DNA of 42,963 nt from Bdellovibrionota bacterium (GTDB lineage Bacteria > Bdellovibrionota_C > UBA2361 > OMII01), in assembly GCA_044345405.1 (NCBI GenBank), contig JBIJBE010000031.1, forward strand, positions 1 through 42,963. Direction: 5' to 3'. Below are positions 24,001 through 33,500 of the stretch, piece after piece; the stretch's first letter is position 1; each line of letters starts with the position of its first letter. The notes under the pieces were generated by a model. It had not been told where the DNA came from. It ran no database searches and saw only the letters and a program-made list of their open reading frames with translations. The position numbers and the translations under genes are program-made.

Positions 24001-25549
24001 CGTTCACGTCCATCCCGACACCAAGAGCTGACCACGCACTACCATCCCATTTCGCGATGAGGTTTGCCGCCGTTCCTCCGGCGGTAGTAAAATATCCCCC
24101 CGCATACAGATTCCCATCACGGTCAAGGGTGAGGGCATATACTGCCTCATCCATACCCGTGCCCACCGCTGACCACGCAGCGCCATCCCACTTCGCTATC
24201 CGGTCAATCGATGTTCCTCCCGCGGTCGTAAACCGCCCACCAGCGTAGAGATTTCCACTGGCATCAACGATCATAGCCAATACGGAGTTATTCATCCCCG
24301 TCCCAAGCGCGGACCACGAGGATCCGTTCCACGTGGCGATTCGGTTAACCGTGACCCCGCCTGCAGTTGTAAAAGCACCTGCCACATAGACGTTACCACC
24401 TGGCCCAAAGGCGATCTCATGTACACTGCTATTCACCCCCGTCCCCAGGGCTGACCACGAAGTTCCATCCCACTTCGCTATACGGTTGGCGGGAACGCCG
24501 CCTGCCGTCGTAAAACTACCACCCGCATAGACGTTACCGCTCGCATCAACGGCTAGCTCCCACACGCTATCATTCACTCCACTGCCCAGTGCGGACCACG
24601 ACGTACCGTTCCACTTAGCGATACGATTAACCGTTACTCCAGCAGCGGCTGTAAAAGTACCACCGACATAGAGATTGCCACTAGCGTCAAGAGCCAGAGC
24701 ATAAACATGGGAACTGAGACCAGCCGACGCAAAGCTTAGCGTTGCATACTCCCCGCCCGCTCCCACGACATTCCAAGCTGTGCCATCGAATTCATACGTC
24801 ACAACATTCGTGCCACTGTCGCCAGACACGGCGGCGAGCATTTTCTCCCCAGAGATTGGCACCATGGCAACGCTTGAAACCGAAGGAGAGGGTTTACCCA
24901 TCGAGGTTGCGGCGTTAAATGAAAGTGCTTGATCGCCTCTGTTCGTAGTGCGGCGTGCCGTAAGGTGGTACCGATCTCCTACATTCCCAAGATCCTTAAA
25001 CGCCGCGGTCCACACCTTTCCGCTCGTGTCGCACACAACGTGCGGACGGATATAGGCATCACTCGCGGACGTCCCATCCAGTACCGTTTCTTCACTATCA
25101 AAAGATACGCTCGTCCCCGACAAAGTTCCCCTCCGCATCACAACGTCGTAGGTGTTCGACTCTGAAACGAGGAAGAAGTACGAGGTGCTACCAAGCACCT
25201 TGTGCGTCACTGAGAAGTTCGGCGTGTTATACGCAAGAGTCCCGCGTGAGGTCCACGTTGCGCCATCAGGTGACGACGCATACTCGATCGCGGTGCCGTT
25301 GTACCAAAATACCCAGTGCGTGTTTGACGAGGAGTCAAAGAAGCTTTTGCGAGCGCCCTCGGTGGTGGAGTTTGTTGAGTTTGATTGCCCTACTATGGAG
25401 GTCTGCGCATGCGAGACATGCGGAGACAACAAAGCGATTATGAACACCAGCGTGAGAGGAAGCGACACCAAGAGCGCACAGGGGCTCTTGCGGGTGCGAG
25501 GCACACCGTTTATTGCACAACCGTTTGTCGACACCGCTTCGTGATCCAT
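21077..25549 (-). CDS. Large secreted beta-propeller repeat protein, paralog A
   Basis: Signal peptide ending SHA-QTS; 14 blade repeats (VxALxxDxxGNLYAGGxFTTAGGxxxNRIAKWxGxxWSALGxG); Pro/Thr linker; Ig-like segment; C-terminal DYDDDG/DTDGDG domain. Confidence 0.9.
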   Translation of the reverse strand: MDHEAVSTNGCAINGVPRTRKSPCALLVSLPLTLVFIIALLSPHVSHAQTSIVGQSNSTNSTTEGARKSFFDSSSNTHWVFWYNGTAIEYASSPDGATWTSRGTLAYNTPNFSVTHKVLGSTSYFFLVSESNTYDVVMRRGTLSGTSVSFDSEETVLDGTSASDAYIRPHVVCDTSGKVWTAAFKDLGNVGDRYHLTARRTTNRGDQALSFNAATSMGKPSPSVSSVAMVPISGEKMLAAVSGDSGTNVVTYEFDGTAWNVVGAGGEYATLSFASAGLSSHVYALALDASGNLYVGGTFTAAAGVTVNRIAKWNGTSWSALGSGVNDSVWELAVDASGNVYAGGSFTTAGGVPANRIAKWDGTSWSALGTGVNSSVHEIAFGPGGNVYVAGAFTTAGGVTVNRIATWNGSSWSALGTGMNNSVLAMIVDASGNLYAGGRFTTAGGTSIDRIAKWDGAAWSAVGTGMDEAVYALTLDRDGNLYAGGYFTTAGGTAANLIAKWDGSAWSALGVGMDVNGVEALAVDADGNLYAGGMFYTAGDVAARSIAKWDGSTWTGLSTSTNSVISALAVTTSGKLYAGGQFGTIGAITTNYIASWDGTSWSGLDAGLNGTVYAVTSDASGNLYAGGSFTTAGGVAVNHIAKWNGTSWSALGTGVGLLDSVSALAADAHGNVYAGGWFSSAGGTLVWNIAKWNGTSWSALGDGLGGNVTAMILDADGHLYAGGNFSSAGEVPVSRIAKWDGSTWSALGAGLNANPNSLALDRDGNLYATGSFSTAGGVSASRIAKWNGTLWSGLGAGLNFSGNDLAFDSTGNLYVVGDFTTAGGSPANRVAKWNGTSWSALGTGLSSPANALTIDSDDNLYVGGSFTSAGGSAASYVAVWNGSAWGSLGTGVTKQVYALTTDSSKTLYVGGSGGLSTIRRIPVANQVAGSEASLIAGEDGTAHLAYIDTNNDVMMKSYTSSSATWSAATSIVSGTVSSQATGIYGTTSGLVSWFIEGGTVKYTESTSPYAVWSSPVSVSSTGSPRSISVVNSTGSHSQMLATWNRGGGSAGEVVGSLSGTSPTPTPTPTVTPTPTSTPTVTPTYTPTLAAPPPPDIDFGRPGDQPQGPNIVVRGRNVVLSGTGAVGYTVEVHVDGIVVGKVPITSSSGSGAGAWTFTLPALAPGYREISTVNVASEVDRSAPSAPVKVVIVAAAPLDFTGVGDTAITTWRRARNEVRVKTRRSSSGAWTTRTIAGRYPAIADYDDDGVSDVAAVGVRDGNLEWNVELSTTGKAVNVSVGAAGDTLVSGCNFAANKGASFAVFKSETRALHFKSLGDSSTREVVLSGLGSCNVIGCGDTDGDGVDELLFTTRGVDNRTRVVGYDTSGQRRFESKYNSFVRGFVVDRPNSTVPLVAVIGGTERRGRQVKITTMAGSFAFPRFFVERGATIGNGTFTTETNEQVSGIFWADRATRMVSRRLLSKGGRTTELFKLPKGFSLVRPQGVVRTEGGR

Positions 25550-25665
25550 TCACAGCGGATGTCGGCATTCTTGCGAAATAGCTAAAGAGAAGCAGACACC
25601 TATTGGATAAGGGGTTATAATTGTGGATGATATTTTTTCAGGGTGCGGCCCGATTTAGCACATCG

Positions 25666-25814
25666 GGAGGGCGACCAGCTTGCACGCCGTAGCGTAGCAA
25701 AGGTGGGTCCTGGTCGCCGCAACATTTCCTCGTAGCGGACGGTATTCGCCTCACGCAACACGGCGGTCAGGATCCCACTTCGCTCCGCTACGAGGGACAA
25801 GCTGACCGCCCTCC
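25666..25814. repeat. REPIN-like unit; both REPs carry a hairpin insert
   Basis: Left REP 25666-25718 (insert 25679-25707), right REP 25762-25814 (insert 25773-25801). Confidence 0.9.
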
Positions 25815-25836
25815 CGAAACGCGGGACAGGCGACGC

Positions 25837-28800
25837 TCATCTTTCCCTCTTCGTAGTGCGGACGATCCCCTGCGGCCTCACCAACGAGAACCCCCTCGGT
25901 AACTTGAACAGCTCCGTAGTCTCGGCACCTCTCGAAAGAAGTCTACGGGACACCATGCGATTTTTGCGGTCTGCCCAGAAGATACCAGAGACCTGTTCAT
26001 TCGTTTCGGTGGTGAAGGTTCCGTTGCCGATCGTAGCTCCTCGCTCGACGAAGAACCGAGGGAAGGCGAAGCTTCCCGCCATCGTGGTGATCTTTACCTG
26101 CCTGCCCCGTCGCTCTGTTCCACCAATGACGGCAACGAGTGGTACGGTGGAATTCGGACGATCAACCACAAAGCCGCGAACAAATGAATTGTACTTACTC
26201 TCAAATCTTCGCTGCCCGGTCGTATCGTATCCGACAACTCGGGTTCGGTTATCAGATCCCCGTGTTGTGAAGAGAAGCTCATCTACGCCATCGCCATCGG
26301 TGTCGCCGCAGCCGATCACGTTGCAACTTCCTAACTTATGTAGCGTAACGGCGCGAGCCGTTGCGTCCCCGGCACTCTGATACTGCAACGTCCGCTGCCC
26401 ACTCGAAAACACCGCAAGAGATGCGCCTTTACCCGAAACGAAATTGCACCCAGAGAGGATCGTATCACCGGCTTTTCCAAGGGTGGTTGTCATCGCTTTT
26501 TCCGCGCTGGACCGGTGTAGCGTCCACTCTAAAGCGCCTTCATGCACCCTCACGGCTCCGAGATCGCTCACGCCATCATCATCGTAGTCGGCAACGACAG
26601 GATGCCTACCGCGAATAGTTTTCGTCGTCCACTCGGCGCTTGAGGCGCGACGGATCTTAAATAGTATCGAGTCGCTCGCCTTTCGCCACGCCGTAATTGC
26701 AGTGTCTCCCACTCCCTCAAAGTCGAGCGGAGCAGCAGCAACAACAACGACTTTGACAGGAGCCGATGGCGCACTTCGATTCACGTCGGAAGCGACATAG
26801 GTGGTAGCGATCTCCCGCTCTCCTGGCGCAAGAGATGGAAGGGTGTAGCTCCACGTTCCGGTTCCATCACCATTCGAGGCGATGATAGGCACCGTCGCGA
26901 CAACGATACCATCAACCTGAATCTCGACCTTGTAGCCAATCAGTCCCGTACCCGAGACGACGACGTCACGTCCGCGCACCACGACCGTTGGACCAGCACG
27001 CACATCGCCAGGGTTGCCGAAGTCTATGTCGGGCGGTGGTGGAGATGGGATGGTAGGAGTAGCGGTTGGGGTTGACGTTGAAGTGAATGTCGGAGTTACC
27101 GTAGGTGTCACAGTCGGAGTTGCGGTCGGAGATAATCCGCTCAAAGACGCGACTACCTCCCCTGCCGAACCGCCAACCGCGTTCCATATCGCAAGGGTTA
27201 GGCTGTGGGATCCCGAACTCGCGTGCACCGAGATACCTGTCGGCGTGCCGACTGCGCTCACGGTTGTTGGAGCTGACCACACCGAGTACGGCGCGCTCGC
27301 TTCCGTGTACTTAACGGCGCCCCCTTCAATAAACCAGGAGACCAACGCAGAGTTCGTTCCATAGATGCCAGCGGCTTGAGACGAGACCGGCCCAGCAACG
27401 ACGGATGTAGCAGCGCTCCACGTTCCAGGTGAGCCGGTATAGCTCTTCATCTTCACACTATTGTTTGTATCGATGTAGAACAGATGCGCAGCACCACCAT
27501 CGCCTGGAACGAGAGATGCGGTGGATCCATATTGTTGATTACCCACCGCACTTTGTTGGATGAAAGATAGAGCAGAAGACCCACCCACATAGAGGTTTCC
27601 GTGAAGGTCAAACGTAAGGGCGTTAAGCCCATATCCGGCCGAACCATACGGGGCCCACGAACTCCCATCCCACTTCGCAACACCAGAAGCCGCGATACCT
27701 CCAGCAGTTGTAAAACTCCCTCCTGCGTACAGCGCACCGGCGGCATCGAGCGTCAGCGCCTGCACACCACTATCCATCCCGGTCGACATCGTTGTCCAGG
27801 ACGCGCCATCCCATTTCGCGATACGGTTGGCAGTTATGCCACCGGCTGTGGTGAAGCTGCCTCCAGCGTAGAGATTTCCGCTGCCATCTACCTTGAGCGC
27901 ATACACAGGGCCGTTCATACCTGTCGAGAGTGTCGACCACGAACTACCGTTCCACTTGGCTACTCGGGTAGCCCCCGCGCCACCTGCCGTGGTGAAAGTA
28001 CCCCCGGCATAAAGATTTCCACTTCCGTCAAAAGCCACGGCACACACAGTGTCATTAACCCCACTCCCAAGAGCGGACCACGCACTGCCGTCCCACTTAG
28101 CTATGCGGTTAGCAGCTCCACTACCCGCAGAAGTGAAGCCGCCACCAGCATAGACATTTCCGCTCCCATCAGAGGTCAAGGTAAAGATACCATTATTCAC
28201 ACCAGCCCCAAGGGCTGACCACGTGGTCCCATTCCATTTAGCGATCCGATTAGCCGCAACCCCGCCGGCTGTAGTGAAATCCCCTCCAGCAAAGAGGTTA
28301 CCACTGGAGTCAAGGTGCAAGGCGTACACATTTCCATTCATCCCCGTCGACAGGGGGGACCAAGAGGTTCCGTTCCATCGAGCGATGTAGGTAGCGGGGC
28401 CTCCACCGATAGTTGTAAAATTTCCTCCCGCATAGAGGTTACCGCTCGTATCCCCAGCCACGGCAAACACTTCGCCATCCAGTCCTGTTCCAAATGAGCG
28501 CCACGAGTTCCCGTTCCATGAAGCAACGCCGTTACATTGTTTAGTGCCCGCGCTTACCATTGCGCCGCCGGCAAAGATAGTTCCACTTGCGTCAGTGGTC
28601 AGGGCTAAAACAGCACCATTGACCTCCTCTGCAAGGGCAGACCAGGAAGTGCCGTTCCATTTGGCCATGCCGTTCGCCGACGCACCACCTGCTGTGGTAA
28701 AATAACCCGCTGCATAGAGGTTGCCGCTCGCGTCAACAGCTAGGGCATGCACAATACTATTCACCCCACTCCCAAGCGGAGCCCAAGACGCGCCGTTCCA

Positions 28801-30306
28801 CTTAGCGATCCTGTTCGCTGAAGCACCACCGGCTGAGGTAAAATAACCCGCTGCATAGAGGTTGCCGCTCGCGTCAACGACCAAGGAAGACACCATACCA
28901 TCCATTCCACTCCCAAGCGCAGACCACGAGGAGCCATTCCACTTCGCTATGAAGTCAACATCAACTCCTCCCGCTGAAAAAAAGGCACCCCCCGCATACA
29001 GGTTCCCGCTCGCATCAAAAGCCAGAGCGCGCACAGAACTATCCATCCCACTCCCAAGCGCAGCCCACGACGTTCCGTTCCAGGTGGCGATTCTGTTCGC
29101 CGAAGCACCATCTGCTGTTGTAAAGTCACCCCCTGCATAGAGGATGCCGCTCGCGTTCAATTTCAGCGCGCGTACGGTGCCATTCACTCCAGCGCCAAGC
29201 GCGGACCACGATGCGCCGTTCCACTTGGCGATTCTGTTCGCCGAAACCCCACCCGCCGTTGTAAAGCTCCCTCCCACATAGAGGTTTCCGGCAGCGTCGA
29301 CGGCCAGAGCGCGCACAACGCCACTAACTCCGGCGCCAAGCGCAGACCACGAGGCTCCATTCCACTTGGCAACATTGCTAGCCGTCTCACCGCCTGCGTC
29401 GATAAAACTACCACCAACGTACATGTTTCCACTGGCATCGACAGCCACAGCGTTTACGACACCATCCACCCCCGTCGTTCCACCACCACCGACAACAGAG
29501 GCAAAGCTTAGAGTCCCATAGTCTCCCCCGGAACCTGCAAAGTTCCAATTAGTTCCATCAAACTCATAGGTGATCACATTGCTGCCACTCTCCCCTGAAA
29601 CAGCAGCAAGCATCTTCTCACCAGTAGTGGGAGCCATGCTAACACTTGAAACTACAACCGAAGGCTTGCCCATCGAAGCTGCGGCGTTGAACGAGAGCGC
29701 TTGATCGCCTGCATTCGCAGTCCGCCGTGCCGTCAGATGGTACCGATCACCTACGTTCCCAAGATCCTTAAACGCCGCAGTCCACACCTTTCCGTTGGTG
29801 TCGCAGACAACGTGCGGGCGGATGTAGGCATCGTTCACAGATGTCCCATCGAGTACGGTTGCTTCACTCTCAAACGTGATGCTCGTCCCAGAGATAGTTC
29901 CCCTCCGCATCACAACGTCGTAGGTGTTCGCCTCCGAGACGAGAAAGACGTAGGACCTAGTGCCAATAAGCTTGTGCGTTACCGAGAAGTTTGGCGTGTT
30001 GTATGCAAGCGTGCCGCGTGAGGTCCACGTTGAACCATCGGGTGATGATGCATACTCAACAGCGGTGCCGTTGTACCAGAATACCCAGTGCGTGTTTGAC
30101 GTGGAGTCGAAGAAGCTTTTGCGAGCACCCTCCGTGGTGGAATTTGTTGAGGTGGATTGCCCCACTACGGAGGTCTGCGCGGAGGCAGTGGAGGTAAGAA
30201 AAGATATAAGGACGAACATAGCGGCAAGAACCGCGGACACACGGCCAGTGAGGGACCACCGCCCCCCTGACTTACATAGTGATGTGCAGAAACCGTTCGT
30301 CGCCAC
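25837..30306 (-). CDS. Large secreted beta-propeller repeat protein, paralog B (start uncertain)
   Basis: Same architecture as A; GTG start at 30306; the homologous ATG at 30330 is followed by in-frame TAA TGA. Confidence 0.85.
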   Translation of the reverse strand: MATNGFCTSLCKSGGRWSLTGRVSAVLAAMFVLISFLTSTASAQTSVVGQSTSTNSTTEGARKSFFDSTSNTHWVFWYNGTAVEYASSPDGSTWTSRGTLAYNTPNFSVTHKLIGTRSYVFLVSEANTYDVVMRRGTISGTSITFESEATVLDGTSVNDAYIRPHVVCDTNGKVWTAAFKDLGNVGDRYHLTARRTANAGDQALSFNAAASMGKPSVVVSSVSMAPTTGEKMLAAVSGESGSNVITYEFDGTNWNFAGSGGDYGTLSFASVVGGGGTTGVDGVVNAVAVDASGNMYVGGSFIDAGGETASNVAKWNGASWSALGAGVSGVVRALAVDAAGNLYVGGSFTTAGGVSANRIAKWNGASWSALGAGVNGTVRALKLNASGILYAGGDFTTADGASANRIATWNGTSWAALGSGMDSSVRALAFDASGNLYAGGAFFSAGGVDVDFIAKWNGSSWSALGSGMDGMVSSLVVDASGNLYAAGYFTSAGGASANRIAKWNGASWAPLGSGVNSIVHALAVDASGNLYAAGYFTTAGGASANGMAKWNGTSWSALAEEVNGAVLALTTDASGTIFAGGAMVSAGTKQCNGVASWNGNSWRSFGTGLDGEVFAVAGDTSGNLYAGGNFTTIGGGPATYIARWNGTSWSPLSTGMNGNVYALHLDSSGNLFAGGDFTTAGGVAANRIAKWNGTTWSALGAGVNNGIFTLTSDGSGNVYAGGGFTSAGSGAANRIAKWDGSAWSALGSGVNDTVCAVAFDGSGNLYAGGTFTTAGGAGATRVAKWNGSSWSTLSTGMNGPVYALKVDGSGNLYAGGSFTTAGGITANRIAKWDGASWTTMSTGMDSGVQALTLDAAGALYAGGSFTTAGGIAASGVAKWDGSSWAPYGSAGYGLNALTFDLHGNLYVGGSSALSFIQQSAVGNQQYGSTASLVPGDGGAAHLFYIDTNNSVKMKSYTGSPGTWSAATSVVAGPVSSQAAGIYGTNSALVSWFIEGGAVKYTEASAPYSVWSAPTTVSAVGTPTGISVHASSGSHSLTLAIWNAVGGSAGEVVASLSGLSPTATPTVTPTVTPTFTSTSTPTATPTIPSPPPPDIDFGNPGDVRAGPTVVVRGRDVVVSGTGLIGYKVEIQVDGIVVATVPIIASNGDGTGTWSYTLPSLAPGEREIATTYVASDVNRSAPSAPVKVVVVAAAPLDFEGVGDTAITAWRKASDSILFKIRRASSAEWTTKTIRGRHPVVADYDDDGVSDLGAVRVHEGALEWTLHRSSAEKAMTTTLGKAGDTILSGCNFVSGKGASLAVFSSGQRTLQYQSAGDATARAVTLHKLGSCNVIGCGDTDGDGVDELLFTTRGSDNRTRVVGYDTTGQRRFESKYNSFVRGFVVDRPNSTVPLVAVIGGTERRGRQVKITTMAGSFAFPRFFVERGATIGNGTFTTETNEQVSGIFWADRKNRMVSRRLLSRGAETTELFKLPRGFSLVRPQGIVRTTKRER

Positions 30307-30465
30307 GGGCCTATATCATTACCGATTCATCCACCTCGTAGATCGGTAGTTCAACCTAAGATCTTTAGGAATTCAGGGATGTAGGGGATAAGAACCAAAG
30401 ATTACTCAAGATAATTGTGGGCATCCATGCGGTAGACGAAGTTCATTTGCGTTGCGCGATTTTTC

Positions 30466-30518
30466 GGCGGTCAGGATCCCACTTCGCTCCGCTACGAGGG
30501 ACAAGCTGACCGCCCTCC
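30466..30518 (-). repeat. Solo REP with hairpin insert
   Basis: Identical to 20983-21035 and 25762-25814; insert at 30477-30505. Confidence 0.9.
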
Positions 30519-30528
30519 CAGGTCACGG

Positions 30529-30563
30529 GTCGCCCTCGCGAAACGCGCAATAGGCGAGGCGAC
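30529..30563. other. Stem-loop just downstream of the paralog C stop
   Basis: GTCGCCCTCGC...GCGAGGCGAC inverted repeat with one bulge; no U-tract. Confidence 0.4.
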
Positions 30564-30570
30564 ACTTCGC

Positions 30571-33500
30571 TCATCTTTTGCTCGTCGTCGTCCGCACGAT
30601 CCCCTGCGGCCTCACCAACGAGAACCCCCTCGGCAACTTGAACAGCTCCGTAGTCTCGGCACCTCTCGAAAGAAGTCTACGAGACACCATACGGGTAGCT
30701 AGGTTTGCCCAGAAGATTCCGGAGACCTGCTGATTGTTTTCGGTAGTAAACGTTCCGTTACCGATCGTTGCGCCTCGCTCGACGAAGAACCTCGGGAACG
30801 CGAAGCTTCCCGCCATCGTGGTGATCTTTACCTGCCTGCCTCGTCGCTCTGTTCCACCAATCACCGCAACGAGTGGTACGGTGGAATTCGGACGATCAAC
30901 CACAAAGCCGCGAACAAATGAATTGTACTTACTCTCAAACCTTCGCTGACCGGTCGTATCGTATCCGACGACTCGGGTTCGGTTATCAGCTCCCCGTGTT
31001 GTGAAGAGAAGTTCATCAACGCCATCGCCATCCGTGTCGCCGCATCCGATCACGTTGCAGCTTCCTAATCCACTCAAGACAACCTCCTGAGTTGCGGAAT
31101 CACCGAGGCTCCTAAAGTGCAGTGCCCGCGTCTCACTCTTGAAGACGGCGAAGGAGGCGCCTTTGTTGGCGGCGAAATTACAGCCGGACACGAGGGTATC
31201 ACCGGCGGCTCCAACTGAGAGGTCCAGGGCTTTGCCGGTCGTTGAGAGCTCTACATTCCATTCGAGATTTCCGTCTCGTACTCCAACAGCGGCAACGTCA
31301 CTCACGCCGTCGTCATCGTAATCCGCTATCGCGGGATACCGTCCGGCAATAGTACGCGTTGTCCATGCCCCACTTGATGAGCGCCGCGTCTTAACCCGAA
31401 CCTCATTCCGCGCTCTTCGCCACGTCGTGATCGCGGTATCCCCCACCCCGGTGAAGTCAAGAGGGGCGGCTGCAACGATGACGACCTTTACCGGGGCGGA
31501 TGGCGCGCTTCTATCAACCTCAGACGCGACGTTCACGGTTGAAATCTCCCGGTACCCCGGAGCGAGCGCCGGAAGGGTAAATGTCCACGCTCCGGTCGAT
31601 GATGTGATTGGAATCCGTCCAACCACGATACCATCCACCTGAACCTCTACGGTGTAGCCGACCGCTCCAGTACCAGAGAGAACAACGTTGCGTCCACGCA
31701 CGACGATGTTGGGGCCCTGAGGTTGGTCGCCGGGCTGTCCGAAATCGATATCGGGAGGGGGAGGCGCGGGAACCGTTGGAGTGTATGTCGGAGTGACGGT
31801 GGGCGTGACTGTCGGGGTAGAAGTCACAGTCGCGGTGGCAGTCATAGTAGGAGTCGATGTTGGCGTGGCGGTCATGGTAGGGGTCGGTGTTGGCGTCGCT
31901 GGCATCAGACTTAACGCCGAAGCTACCTCCCCTGCAGATCCTCCAACCCGATTCCACACCGCCACCATGTCGCTTGTGGTGCCAGAGGTGAGAGGCGCAG
32001 ATATATTCTTTGCAGTCGCGTCGGAACTTACAGATGTTGGAGGATACCAGGAGGTGTACGGCCAATTCGCCTCGGTGTGCTTCACCGTTCCGTCCTCGAG
32101 GAACCACGACACCATGGCGGAGCTCAGCTCGTACATTCCCGTGGCGTGAGAGGTAACGTTTCCGGTAACCACCGGCGTTGCAGCGCTCCACGTACTGGTG
32201 CTGCCTGAGTAGCTCTTCAACATCAGATCGTTATTCGTATCGATGTAGGTGAGGTGCGCGGTACCCTCGCTACCTGAAACAAGGGAGGCACTTGTACCCG
32301 CGAGCTGATTATTCACCGGCGCGGGGCGTATCACCTTAAGCCCTGAGTCACCCCCGCCGTTACCCCCAATAGCATAGAGGTTGCCGCTTGCATCGCTCGT
32401 AAGAGAGCTGAACCAGGTTGCCCCGTCAGCCACCGTTCCGAGGGCAGACCATGAGCTACCATCCCACTTTGCAAGGCCGTCAGCGGCAGTACCACCCGCC
32501 GTCGTAAAACTTCCCGTAGCGTAGAGGTTTCCACCTGCGTCAACCGTAAGAAAGGATACGCTCCCATTCATGCCGGTGGACAGGGATGACCACGACGTCC
32601 CATTCCACCGAGCGATATTGGCAGCAGCTACCCCACCGGCGGAGGTGAAGGTTCCGCCAACATAGAGGGTACCACTCGCATCAACCACCATCGGCTGCAC
32701 GCCACCATCAACCCCTCCACCAACGGTAGACCACGTTGAGCCGTTCCATTGAGCGAAACCATTAACAGTGACCCCATCAGCCGTCGTAAACCCACCCGTC
32801 GCATACAACGTGCCACCTCCGTCGACGGCGAGCCCGATTACATAATCATTCATTCCCGTTCCGAGGGGGGACCACGAGGTACCGTTCCACTTCGCTATTC
32901 TGTCAGCCGCAACACCACCCGCCTCTGTAAAATCCCCTCCCGCATAAACGTTCCCACCTGCGTCAACGGCCAGAGCAGAGACAATGCTTGTGTCTACGGT
33001 TCCTATTCCCGATCCAAGCGCAGACCAGGCTGTACCGTCCCAGCGGGCGATGTTGTTGACAGCCACCCCACCGGCAGACGAGAAAGAACCTCCAACGTAG
33101 AGGTTGCCACTCGCATCGAATGCGAGGGCATAGACGGTCCCATCAACCCCTGTTCCCAAAGCACTCCACGACGAGCCGTTCCATTTCGCTATCCCGTTAG
33201 CCCTCAATCCACCCGCGGCGCCGATGTACCCTCCGGCATACAAGTTCCCAGTTGCATCAACGAGCAGCGCTGAGACGTAGTTTATCTCCTTTACTCCAAT
33301 CGGTTGCCACTCCGTCCCGCTCCAGGTAGCGACGTTTCTAACTACAATGCCATTCAAAGTTGTTTCGAAGTTGCCCCCTACGTGAAGATTACCGGCACCG
33401 TCACAAACGAGGGCATTAACCCACAAACCTATCCCCCCCAAGAGGGACGACCACGACGTGCCGTTCCATTTCGCTATGTATTGAGCCGGGATGCCTCCGG

